From positions 1 through 64,000 of the IMG/VR virus record IMGVR_UViG_3300012922_000001: a DNA stretch of 64,000 bases. One strand, written 5' to 3'. This DNA comes from a virus. A program made the translations under genes and the position numbers. Positions 17,853-25,691 of the stretch are shown here, piece after piece. The notes below the pieces were generated by a model. It saw nothing but the letters and a program-made list of their open reading frames with translations. It had not been told where the DNA came from and did no database searches. Numbering within the stretch: the first letter of the stretch is position 1; each line of letters begins with the position of its first letter.

Positions 17853-18316
17853 TGGGTACCTGCTTTCACTTCTTTGATGGTTGCGAGGACGGTATCGGCC
17901 AGAGAATAAATATTGTCCAAGTCCATCTTGAACGTCTGCTGGCTTCGTGGGTTCTTAACGCCCAGCGCTCCGCTGGCAATCGCCGCATCGCCCTCTGCCT
18001 TGATCTTATCCAGCAGAGCCGCGATGGAGTCGATGTTTGCCTGAGTGACCACGCTCTGCCCGAGAATCGCGGTGATCTGCTTGTGTAGTTCAGCCACATG
18101 CTCGGTGAAGGCAATGATCGGCTTGGCATTGGCGGATGTGAGCACTCCAGTTGTAACGGCCAGCTCCGCCCCCTGTTCGATAGCGTCATTGGCCTGGGCA
18201 AAGGCTGCGTTGTAAGTTGTGGCACGTTCCTTCGGCGTGACTGTTCCCGAAGCACGATGGATACAGCCAACCGTTGCCAGTGTGAGTACGAGGGGTAACA
18301 ATAGTTCTTTCTTCAT
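17849..18316 (-). CDS. lipoprotein, helical
   Basis: 155 aa. MKKELLLPLVLTLATVGC has a lipobox-like TVG/C. The remainder is Ala-rich and helical. Confidence 0.55.
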   Translation of the reverse strand: MKKELLLPLVLTLATVGCIHRASGTVTPKERATTYNAAFAQANDAIEQGAELAVTTGVLTSANAKPIIAFTEHVAELHKQITAILGQSVVTQANIDSIAALLDKIKAEGDAAIASGALGVKNPRSQQTFKMDLDNIYSLADTVLATIKEVKAGTQ

Positions 18317-18327
18317 AGTCCTCCTGA

Positions 18328-18525
18328 TTACTGTTCTTCTGCGTCATCCGCCAGCTTCTCTAGCCGTTGGCGTGTGTAGGATTTGTCTTGTTCGGTGACG
18401 ATGCCCGCGAGCGTTACCACATCCTTGGCCACCTCCACTGGAAGCATGACCGTATTCACTACTGTTCGAGCAAGTTGTCCAAATAGTTTCATCGCTGTCT
18501 CCATGAAACCCCCGTACAGCCCCAC
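18328..18525 (-). CDS. hypothetical protein
   Basis: Track ORF of 65 aa. The start may be the internal METAMKLF. Confidence 0.35.
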   Translation of the reverse strand: MGLYGGFMETAMKLFGQLARTVVNTVMLPVEVAKDVVTLAGIVTEQDKSYTRQRLEKLADDAEEQ

Positions 18526-18580
18526 TGATAGAAGCCCGACGAAGCTGTGGCACCCCAGCCTGACTGCACGGGGAGGTTGG

Positions 18581-19165
18581 TTACGCCGCTGGCTTGCCCT
18601 GACTCAGCACAAATGCGACAGGCGCAGGAGGCGGAGGCGGCGCAAGAATCGGTACAGTTGCCGAACCCGTGATTACCGTGCTATCCGGCAATGTCGCGCT
18701 CGTTGTGAGTGAGAAGCTGGAACCTGGCGTAGCGGTCGCAGCCGCAGTCACCACAGCCGACCTGCCGTCATCCGCAGCAACCACATTCACGGTCGTATCG
18801 CTGGAAACCCAGCTTGGCGTTGAACTCCCCGCTGGTAGGGCATCAGCGTTGCCGCTGGCGTCCACAGGCGAGGCGAAGAAGGTATCTGAGGCTCCGGGTT
18901 GTAGCCCGGTGATCGTTCCTGCTAGGGGCATATTCTCTCCTTGGGTGATGATTATTCTTACTGGGGTGGGCTCGTCATTGGCCAGAAGTTGGTCGATTTT
19001 GATGCCCAAATCCGCTACAGCCTTGATCTGGAAGATGTTCTGCCGGATGATGACCAGAAGCAGCCGCCCATTCGTGCGCTCGGCTCCCTCTAGTTCCTCC
19101 GTCTCCTCTTCCAGCCTACGGATATCGCGTTCGATCTGTTGCTCGTCGTCACGGATATTGCCCAT
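18581..19165 (-). CDS. coiled-coil protein with bacterial Ig-like (Big_2-like) domain
   Basis: 194 aa. An acidic coiled-coil N-terminus is followed by a beta-rich segment (ITGLQPGASDTFFASPVDASGN ... TTVNVVAADDGRSAVVTAAATATPG) resembling Big_2 domains. Confidence 0.45.
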   Translation of the reverse strand: MGNIRDDEQQIERDIRRLEEETEELEGAERTNGRLLLVIIRQNIFQIKAVADLGIKIDQLLANDEPTPVRIIITQGENMPLAGTITGLQPGASDTFFASPVDASGNADALPAGSSTPSWVSSDTTVNVVAADDGRSAVVTAAATATPGSSFSLTTSATLPDSTVITGSATVPILAPPPPPAPVAFVLSQGKPAA

Positions 19166-19222
19166 CAGTTGTGACTCCTTGGACCCTAGTCTAACCGTTC
19201 AGCGCTTGAAAACAAGGGTTTA

Positions 19223-19379
19223 TTCACTTCTTGTCAGTGATGCCGTAGCGCTGGTTGAACTCCTGATACCGTTGATGTCTTGCGTGCTGATCGTCAATCT
19301 TGATCCAGATCACGCCAACGAAAAACAAAACTATGCCGAGTTCTATCAGGCCAAACTGTATCCAATCTTTCGTGCTCAT
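19223..19379 (-). pseudogene. small single-pass membrane protein gene split by a 1-nt frameshift in a T6 run
   Basis: The ATG at 19379 has an upstream GGAGG and is ATGA-coupled to the upstream ORF. The frame stops after 27 codons. Removing one T from the T6 run (plus-strand A6 at 19320-19325) gives a 51-aa protein, MSTKDWIQFGLIELGIVLFFVGVIWIKIDDQHARHQRYQEFNQRYGITDKK. Confidence 0.35.
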
Positions 19380-19639
19380 CCCATCCTCCGTTCCCGCATC
19401 CACTGATTCACATCGCTCATATCCAGCACCCTAGCTCCGTCCGCCAACTTCGCTCCCCACAGATGCCCAGCACACGTACAGCTCAGGACTGAGCACCTAT
19501 CGCAGTCGTGAGCCTTTTGGGAGCACACGCTCGACATCCGACCCTGCCGGACCTGACGCTTGTACGGCTTGTGATTCATTGTGTTCATCGCGTAGCCTCC
19601 GGTATTCCTTCCACTTGGCCCGAGCTTCCCGATACCCAT
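19376..19639 (-). CDS. hypothetical Cys-rich protein (start probably the internal MNTMNHK at 19588)
   Basis: Track ORF with a HDCDRCSVLSCTCAGH cluster. It overlaps 19497..19769 in another frame, so one of the two tails is not real. Confidence 0.3.
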   Translation of the reverse strand: MGIGKLGPSGRNTGGYAMNTMNHKPYKRQVRQGRMSSVCSQKAHDCDRCSVLSCTCAGHLWGAKLADGARVLDMSDVNQWMRERRMG

Positions 19640-19769
19640 CCCCAGTCTTGATGAAGTGGGCCTTGGCGGATTCCCAAGCGGCTTTGGCGTCAGCTAGCTT
19701 CACGCTGCTCACCCCACAACTTGCGGCGACAGTCATGACAGAGCCCGTCTTGCTCACGATCGTCTCCAC
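19497..19769 (-). CDS. hypothetical helical protein
   Basis: Track ORF (KLADAKAAWESAKAHFIKTGDGYREARAKWKEYRRL). The start may be MTVAAS at 19736. Confidence 0.3.
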   Translation of the reverse strand: METIVSKTGSVMTVAASCGVSSVKLADAKAAWESAKAHFIKTGDGYREARAKWKEYRRLRDEHNESQAVQASGPAGSDVERVLPKGSRLR

Positions 19770-19887
19770 AATCAGAACAATAGCGTTGCCGATATCTTTC
19801 CTCAGACTGACCTTTGCGATATGTAGCCAAGAGCGCTAGGAGATATAGGAGTAAACACCCTACGCCGACTAGAACCTTGGTTATCAT
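19690..19887 (-). CDS. small membrane protein with C-terminal zinc-ribbon-like CxxC pairs
   Basis: 65 aa from the ATG at 19887 (ATGA overlap with the upstream stop). It has a TM (VLVGVGCLLLYLLALLATY) followed by CSDC...CHDC. Confidence 0.4.
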   Translation of the reverse strand: MITKVLVGVGCLLLYLLALLATYRKGQSEERYRQRYCSDCGDDREQDGLCHDCRRKLWGEQREAS

Positions 19888-20201
19888 CGTTCCCCCCGTA
19901 GAATATCTTCCAGCGAAATGATTGCTGCCCACTCCCCATACCCTCGCATCATCGCCGCATCCCAGGAATCGTCGATCTCCGTAGCCCCCTCTGTCTCGGT
20001 CTGCTCGGTGAATCCGTAGGCTTCGATGAGGACAGCTTTGCGGGCGGTTATGTCGGAGAGGGCTGCATCGGCAGGAGTACGTCCAGCGTTAAAGGCTGCT
20101 TCAACGTCATAATCAACAATCGGTCCTTTCGGATGCGCCTCGCAGTATGGTCGCCAAAAGTCTTCAAACGTGCCTGCGTGGAGACGGTGCTCGTGGGTCA
20201 T
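19884..20201 (-). CDS. hypothetical protein
   Basis: 105 aa from the ATG at 20201 (ATGA overlap with the stop of 20198..20380). Confidence 0.45.
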   Translation of the reverse strand: MTHEHRLHAGTFEDFWRPYCEAHPKGPIVDYDVEAAFNAGRTPADAALSDITARKAVLIEAYGFTEQTETEGATEIDDSWDAAMMRGYGEWAAIISLEDILRGER

Positions 20202-20380
20202 CGGGAAGCCTCGTGAATTCGCAGCGCTTCGCAAGCATTACAGAGGCCCAAAGCATCTTGTAGCGTGTTGCCGTTGGCCAGTGCATGAACATCGAACGTC
20301 TCGAAGCAGTGTTGGCAAGTTCTATGTATCAGGAAGTTACCATCTGACCTATATGCATATCCCAGTTGCGTTAGACTCAT
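20198..20380 (-). CDS. small zinc-ribbon-like protein
   Basis: 60 aa with CQHC ... CNAC pairs. It is overlap-coupled on both sides. Confidence 0.4.
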   Translation of the reverse strand: MSLTQLGYAYRSDGNFLIHRTCQHCFETFDVHALANGNTLQDALGLCNACEALRIHEASR

Positions 20381-21423
20381 CCCTTCTCCTCCCCACCAAC
20401 TCCCCCAGCTTCCCTCTCCCGCCTCAACAACTCCGCCAGAATCTCAGGTAGTTTAGCCCTCCCCTGTTGATTGAATAGCCAGATACGAGCGTCGTGGAGG
20501 GCTTTAGCGGCTCCGGCAGAGAATATTGGCCCAGCCGTGCAATCTAACGTCTGACCATCGTCATAGAAGTGCACCCATTTCCCATTTTCAAAACGCGGCG
20601 GATCATCAATTCGACAGCAATCGCAAGCTAATTCCCAAGGCTTCCTGTTTGGCGTCTCTTCGAACGACGGCGCAGGGGCTGGAGGCGCAATAGTTCGTTT
20701 AATTCCTCCATAGGTAGAGGCTATGTGCGAGGCCAATCCCAGACTTATTGCCTCTCCTGGCGCAGGTGCAAGATGACAATTACATGGCCCAAGACACTTC
20801 GGAAAGTCGCACCAATTATCATGCAGACTTTCTAGCGATTCCCCCTTTGCTGGCGTCCCTTGTACCTCAGGGGCAGGCTTTTTCTTGAGCCCATAAAACG
20901 TGATTTCCCCGGTCGCGATTTTCCCGCCAACATGCTCGTATCCCAAGAGGTCCATCGCTAGATCGCGAATTTTCATGGCTGCCGAAACTACTTCATCACT
21001 TGGCGGTGCATTTTCTTTGCTGGGTGTGGCTTCTGAGGGAACGCCGGGAGGTGGAGCTTCACTTCCGTCGATGAAGATACGACTTCCGGGTGGATAATTG
21101 CTGGCTATCGTGAAGTCGGTTGGCTTACTCGCAACTGTGCCACTAGGACGACGGTGCCAATGACCTACCGCATACCCACTAGGACCCGCAGAATCCTTCC
21201 CACACCCACAGGCACACTTGGTGACTCCTCCCTTCACCGGCGCGGCCTCTTGTCTGTCCTCCAGCGCAGCCCGCGCCATCCAGCCCTCCCAAGCCGATTG
21301 CACGAACGGACTTTCGTAGACTCCGGGAAGTACGCGCTCCATCGTGAATACTTTGAATCCCGGTTTCTTGGCTACCGCCGCTTCAAACCTTTTTCGTTCT
21401 TCCTCTACTCCGTAGGCCATCAC
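20377..21423 (-). CDS. hypothetical protein, Cys-cluster and Pro-rich linkers
   Basis: 348 aa, the largest ORF of the leftward block. It has Cys clusters (CACGCGK, CLGPCNCH, CDCC). No family recognised. Confidence 0.5.
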   Translation of the reverse strand: MMAYGVEEERKRFEAAVAKKPGFKVFTMERVLPGVYESPFVQSAWEGWMARAALEDRQEAAPVKGGVTKCACGCGKDSAGPSGYAVGHWHRRPSGTVASKPTDFTIASNYPPGSRIFIDGSEAPPPGVPSEATPSKENAPPSDEVVSAAMKIRDLAMDLLGYEHVGGKIATGEITFYGLKKKPAPEVQGTPAKGESLESLHDNWCDFPKCLGPCNCHLAPAPGEAISLGLASHIASTYGGIKRTIAPPAPAPSFEETPNRKPWELACDCCRIDDPPRFENGKWVHFYDDGQTLDCTAGPIFSAGAAKALHDARIWLFNQQGRAKLPEILAELLRREREAGGVGGEEKG

Positions 21424-21647
21424 TTATTCCTTTCCGCCGCCATGCCCGCGCAGAACGCCGCCCAGAGACGGTTCTCCAGATATTCCGGCGCTTTCAAGGT
21501 CTCGAAAGTCGCGCACCGCCTACCTTCTTCCGACTCAATCCAATCCGGCCACGGGCCACGAGATTTCGGATTCCTCTTCGGCTTCTCAAATTGGCTTCGT
21601 TCCTCAGAGGATCGGTCAGTCATCACTTCACCGCCTTTAAATTCCAA
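21420..21647 (-). CDS. hypothetical protein
   Basis: Track ORF of 75 aa, overlap-coupled. Confidence 0.4.
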   Translation of the reverse strand: MEFKGGEVMTDRSSEERSQFEKPKRNPKSRGPWPDWIESEEGRRCATFETLKAPEYLENRLWAAFCAGMAAERNK

Positions 21648-21844
21648 GATTCAATCAATTCGTGTTCTTTCCTTTCATTTAGTTCGCCGAGTTGCGCCGC
21701 GATTTCCCAGAGAGCCTGCATACAGTGCATGGTAGCGCTGAGTTGGACGCTGACGGGATTGTTGTGAGCCTTGAGGCCCTCATCCATCTGCACAAATACT
21801 TTGGCGCTGTGATCGCGCATTTCCTTAGGTGTCAAATCAGGCAT
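21623..21844 (-). CDS. hypothetical protein
   Basis: Track ORF of 73 aa, overlap-coupled. Confidence 0.4.
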   Translation of the reverse strand: MPDLTPKEMRDHSAKVFVQMDEGLKAHNNPVSVQLSATMHCMQALWEIAAQLGELNERKEHELIESWNLKAVK

Positions 21845-22001
21845 GGGGGACCTCCAGAGCTTTGCGGCGTTCTTCGATTGGCATGTTCCAAAGTTTCATA
21901 AAGCATTCATAGCTAATGTCGGTCGTGATCGTGCTATAACTGTGCCCTCTCGCGCATCTTCCACAAACCGGGCAGGCATTCTTCGGTCGGTTATTGGGCA
22001 T
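21837..22001 (-). CDS. small CxxC protein (below the track size cutoff)
   Basis: My translation is MPNNRPKNACPVCGRCARGHSYSTITTDISYECFMKLWNMPIEERRKALEVPHA. A GGAGG lies 6 nt upstream, and the stop overlaps the next start (ATGCCTGA). Confidence 0.4.
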   Translation of the reverse strand: MPNNRPKNACPVCGRCARGHSYSTITTDISYECFMKLWNMPIEERRKALEVPHA

Positions 22002-22032
22002 CTACAACCTCCACGGGTTCGTAATTCGCCGC

Positions 22033-22485
22033 TTAGCGGACATATCCCTCTCCGTCTAATTGCGGCGACCTTGAATATCCTTTCTCGTCCTTCGAAAGTG
22101 CCGGTCGTGTGGCGGCTAAGCCGTGCTTAGGGCAATCTTCCACGTCGGCGTACATCGAACATAAGCAGTCCTTGGTGATTGCGTCGGCATGGTCTCCGCA
22201 GGCGTAAATGATATCCACGACTTTCTGCCATTTCTCGCGCATCTCCGGCGTGAGCGATTCCGGGTCAGGAACCAAGCCATTTAATGCTGCGCCTAACTTC
22301 CCGGAAAGAAGGAGAGCCTTGTCCTGAAGTTCACACATATGCCTTAATTTGGCGTTTTCTGCTGCTAATTCAGTAGTGAGTGAATCGGCGAATTCTGCGG
22401 CATCGTGAGGGCCAAAGAGATCGCGACATAAAAGTTTCTGTAATTCTTGCGCCTTCTCCAGCGTTGTCTTACCTGCTTCTGTCAT
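22033..22485 (-). CDS. hypothetical protein
   Basis: Track ORF of 150 aa, with a helical N-terminal half and a Cys-containing C-terminal half. Confidence 0.45.
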   Translation of the reverse strand: MTEAGKTTLEKAQELQKLLCRDLFGPHDAAEFADSLTTELAAENAKLRHMCELQDKALLLSGKLGAALNGLVPDPESLTPEMREKWQKVVDIIYACGDHADAITKDCLCSMYADVEDCPKHGLAATRPALSKDEKGYSRSPQLDGEGYVR

Positions 22486-22817
22486 AGGAACTCAGCCTTT
22501 GCTAGCGCATTCTGGGCGCGAACGCCTATGCCGTCCTTGAGTCCGATGTGCTTGAATTCGGCCTCCAACTTAAGCGATAAATTTGGAACTTGGGCGATGA
22601 CGCGAAACGCCGCCGCCAGAGCTTCGCGCATCTCGGCTAGGTATTGATACAGTTCTGGAGCTGAGGAGATCAGGGCAGCATTGGCTTTAATGCACGGTGT
22701 CTCGGTACCGCGATCCAAACATTCGGCGATAGCGATTCCGTGATCTTCCATCACTAGAACAATTCCCGATGTTGTGCTCGCGTGCCAAGGCCCCGGTGTC
22801 CACTTCGTCGTCGCCAT
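22482..22817 (-). CDS. conserved phage protein (KWTPGPW ... ANAALISSAPELY type)
   Basis: 111 aa. The N-terminal W-x-PGPW and the ANA-x-LI-x-x-APE-L motifs recur in many prophage early proteins, from memory. Confidence 0.45.
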   Translation of the reverse strand: MATTKWTPGPWHASTTSGIVLVMEDHGIAIAECLDRGTETPCIKANAALISSAPELYQYLAEMREALAAAFRVIAQVPNLSLKLEAEFKHIGLKDGIGVRAQNALAKAEFL

Positions 22818-22848
22818 TTTGTTTCCTCCCTCAGCTAAGACAGGTTAG

Positions 22849-23067
22849 TCAGGCTGCTTCCCTAGAAGGCGGGTCTACTGGCGCGTATAGCCTGCGCCAA
22901 AACTCTGGCTGCCATGCAAGTACGCCGCGATTTCCGCAATGATCAACCGCATACCACTTGTCTCGGAAAGTCGCCCAGCACGAAAGCTGGTAAACAAAGA
23001 CGATCTCTCCGTGTGGTGGAGTGTACCTAGCGGCGTCGTGCCATTCGTATGGCGCAGGATACTTCAT
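22849..23067 (-). CDS. DUF551-like Trp-rich small protein
   Basis: 72 aa with a W-rich pattern (EWHDAARYTPP ... CWATFRDKWYAV ... LAWQPEFW). Confidence 0.4.
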   Translation of the reverse strand: MKYPAPYEWHDAARYTPPHGEIVFVYQLSCWATFRDKWYAVDHCGNRGVLAWQPEFWRRLYAPVDPPSREAA

Positions 23068-23281
23068 TTTTCCTGTCCTCCCTTGCTGAGAATGAATCGC
23101 GGGGTCCGGGGCTCAGGCTCGATGTAACCGTCCAACTACCGGACTTCCTTTTCAGGCTCTAGCGCATCCCTTCCACGCTGCCCCACGAACTTGGTGCGGG
23201 ACCCCAGTACTGGAAGCATCCATCCAGCCATGCAGCCCTCTGTTTCTACCCGCTTATACGTTCTGAGGGCCGGGGATTTCG

Positions 23282-23743
23282 TTAGTTTACCGTCGAGGTC
23301 CCGTTGGTAATAAAATACGAAGTCACTCGGCGAGTTCCACCACGCCCTCCGCCCTCGCTGTGAATCAAGGTTGCGATATATTGCACAGTCGTCCCCGAGA
23401 ACAGACTGCCATCGGTACAGGTTCCGCTGAACGACGCCGTGACCTGCCCGTCAGCGTAGGTCCCTGACATCGCCCCAGAGCATTCCAAGCCGCCTGTGGA
23501 GCTGTAGAGGCTGAAAGTGGGTGCTGGCCAGCCAACGTAGATAGGATCGGAGAAGCTCCCCGCGTAGAAGTTGGACAGAGCAATCGAACCACCGGCAATT
23601 GGCGCTTGGCAGCTTGTGGTAGGGGCTACGTAAGGCCCGTGCGTCAGGTAAGCGCAGTACTGACCCTGGCCGTTAGGGATGGTGGTCTGACCGGATGCGT
23701 TCAAGCTTACGAACGCGAGGAGGAGGGCTGAGAGGTACTTCAT
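23282..23743 (-). CDS. exported Cys-containing protein
   Basis: 153 aa. MKYLSALLLAFVSLNASG/Q is a signal peptide. A 214-bp non-coding gap lies downstream. Confidence 0.55.
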   Translation of the reverse strand: MKYLSALLLAFVSLNASGQTTIPNGQGQYCAYLTHGPYVAPTTSCQAPIAGGSIALSNFYAGSFSDPIYVGWPAPTFSLYSSTGGLECSGAMSGTYADGQVTASFSGTCTDGSLFSGTTVQYIATLIHSEGGGRGGTRRVTSYFITNGTSTVN

Positions 23744-23780
23744 TGTGATGCTCCTTGTGTTGCGATTTGACTGCTAAACT

Positions 23781-24848
23781 TTAGAACAACTCTTCGGCCG
23801 TGGGCGGTTGATCTTTGTAGACTCCGACGCCGACCACCTCGATCAGCTTGACCATGTTCCAATATCCCTTGTCGTTCTTCGCCATCTCTGCCGTGCAGAG
23901 CTTGTCTTTGCCGGCCAGGAGATACGAATGGTACTTCTTGTCGAAGACGTTGCAGGTGAATGGAACCTTGTCGTCACCCACAGCGTTGATCTGAACATAG
24001 GTCTCGGTTGAGTTCTTCTTCGGTTTCTCGGCGGCCGAAATGATCTTGAAAATCATAGCGGTAGTTGCCGGCTTGCTGACAACCTCGCCTTCCACTACAG
24101 GTGCTTCTTTTGCGGCTGCTGGTTTGGCGAACTCGCAGTCCGGAAGATGGCTGCCGATTGCTCGACACTTTCCGCACATGACATCGCCCTGGACGCCTCC
24201 CTGGGCCTTTGCCTGAGCTTTGGCTGCTTTCTTGTCCTGCCGCTGCTGTTGGACGGCACCTTCCGGTAGGTCTTCCAAATCCTGCTCAAACATACTGGAA
24301 GCTCCGGTCACGGTAAGCGTAGCATCAATTTGTGCGCGCTTCTTTGCCATCTTCAGGATTGTGTTAGCGAGGTCGGCCGGCTCTTGGCGTACCTGCATCT
24401 GTGTAGATTCCTTGCCTTCGTAGGTCTTGTAGATCGTGCGTCGACGGCTAGGGTCGGTGTTATCAAATTCTGCCTTCGACCAGCACTGCTTCCACTTGTA
24501 CTTGGTTTCGTTTGTGGAAGCCTCCCCAATGCCGGATCCTAGAAACTCCTGTGTCAAAACATTACTGAGACGTGCAGTGACACGGAAACGGAAGACGTCA
24601 TCTGCCGAAAGATCTTCCACGATAGGATCCACGGCGATCTGGAACATGGCCAGAATTTGCTCACTGCCTGACTTCCAGAGACTCGGCTTCGCGTTCTTCC
24701 CGAGACCTGGAATGACGCCATAATCAACATCTTTTTTCAGGACCTTGTCGAGGAGTTGCTGAATAGCTTCAAGCCGCTGGCTTACTTGTGCCGGTGACTG
24801 CCATTGCGTGATTTGATTCGACTGCTGTACAAGTGCCTGTGTGCTCAC
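23781..24848 (-). CDS. single-strand annealing protein candidate with C-terminal OB-like extension
   Basis: 355 aa. The segments VDYGVIPGLGKNAKPSLWKSGSEQILAMF and ILKMAKKRAQIDATL resemble phage SSAP (ERF/Sak-type) signatures from memory. It lies beside a PD-(D/E)XK nuclease. The C-terminus has CGKC...C and ends in an acidic-aromatic tip, AEELF. Confidence 0.45.
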   Translation of the reverse strand: MSTQALVQQSNQITQWQSPAQVSQRLEAIQQLLDKVLKKDVDYGVIPGLGKNAKPSLWKSGSEQILAMFQIAVDPIVEDLSADDVFRFRVTARLSNVLTQEFLGSGIGEASTNETKYKWKQCWSKAEFDNTDPSRRRTIYKTYEGKESTQMQVRQEPADLANTILKMAKKRAQIDATLTVTGASSMFEQDLEDLPEGAVQQQRQDKKAAKAQAKAQGGVQGDVMCGKCRAIGSHLPDCEFAKPAAAKEAPVVEGEVVSKPATTAMIFKIISAAEKPKKNSTETYVQINAVGDDKVPFTCNVFDKKYHSYLLAGKDKLCTAEMAKNDKGYWNMVKLIEVVGVGVYKDQPPTAEELF

Positions 24849-25558
24849 TTAGTCCTCCCGGCCAAAATTGGTTTGTTGCGTGCGATTACGCCCGGCACAG
24901 CCATGGTCAGCTTAAGCGCTGACGCCGTCTTATCCAGAGCCGATTGATTCGGCATGACGAATTCGGTTGACGCCTTACCTGCCGCGATGGCTCGGCACAG
25001 GGCTTTGATGTCGGTGACTTCGGCGACCCAATGGTCTCGCGATGAAACTCCAGCGGCACGTTGATAACTAGGTGCAAGGACTGGCGCCACGGCGACCGGC
25101 GGGGCCTCCATGATGGCGGTAACCTGCTCTTCGTCAGCACCGGCCTGCTCCGCTGCCACGGCTGCGGCAAGATTGCGCTCGCGCTCCAGTCGCTCTGCTT
25201 CTTCCTGAGCCTTCCGCTGTGCCGCCTGCCTGATACGCTCTTGCTCCTGATCCCAAGTCAGGATGGCCGACTTCAATTGACGTTCCGCAGCCTCGAGCGG
25301 CTTGTCCCCATCCGCTTTCTTTTGCAAAATGCCGTCGTAGACGTCATAGGCCTGTTTGCGAAGAGGCTCCCAATAATCAAACCAGCGCTTGCGCATCGGC
25401 TTGACCACTTCAATAAGCAGGTGCGCAGCATTATCGTAAGAAGGCTGGTCGACGACCTTGACCAATTGCACCTGCTGCTGCACGGTTAAAGCTTCCGACT
25501 TTAGTTCTTTCTCCTGCTCAACGACTTCAGCCACGGGTGTTTTCCTTTCGGCGGGCAA
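24845..25558 (-). CDS. coiled-coil protein of the recombination module
   Basis: 237 aa with a TTG start (an alternative GTG lies at 25534). It has a long charged helix (EQERIRQAAQRKAQEEAERLERERN). No family assigned. Confidence 0.45.
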   Translation of the reverse strand: MPAERKTPVAEVVEQEKELKSEALTVQQQVQLVKVVDQPSYDNAAHLLIEVVKPMRKRWFDYWEPLRKQAYDVYDGILQKKADGDKPLEAAERQLKSAILTWDQEQERIRQAAQRKAQEEAERLERERNLAAAVAAEQAGADEEQVTAIMEAPPVAVAPVLAPSYQRAAGVSSRDHWVAEVTDIKALCRAIAAGKASTEFVMPNQSALDKTASALKLTMAVPGVIARNKPILAGRTK

Positions 25559-25691
25559 TATCTCGCGCGATCCTTCGGGCGATCTTGCGCGTCATACCTT
25601 CGGCCCATGAGTAGGCACCGTGGCCGTGTCTTTCTTTCAACTGAGAGAAAATGCTATGAAAGCGCTGGTGATACGTATTTGATTTCGGCAT
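25527..25691 (-). CDS. small basic protein
   Basis: 54 aa from the internal ATG at 25691 (MPKSNTYHQRF ... RRIARDIARRKENTRG). It overlaps both neighbours. Confidence 0.3.
   Translation of the reverse strand: MPKSNTYHQRFHSIFSQLKERHGHGAYSWAEGMTRKIARRIARDIARRKENTRG

Noticed and set aside
18669-19406. 245-aa plus-strand ORF in the leftward block
   Set aside because: It is antisense to the well-formed 18581..19165 gene, has Ser/Ala/Val-rich junk composition, and lacks an SD.
24861-24872. CCAAAATTGG palindrome upstream of the 24848 start, as a further copy of the TCCAA-NN-TTGGA motif
   Set aside because: It shares only the CCAA/TTGG core, lies inside the coding 3' end of the upstream gene, and is too short to distinguish from chance.
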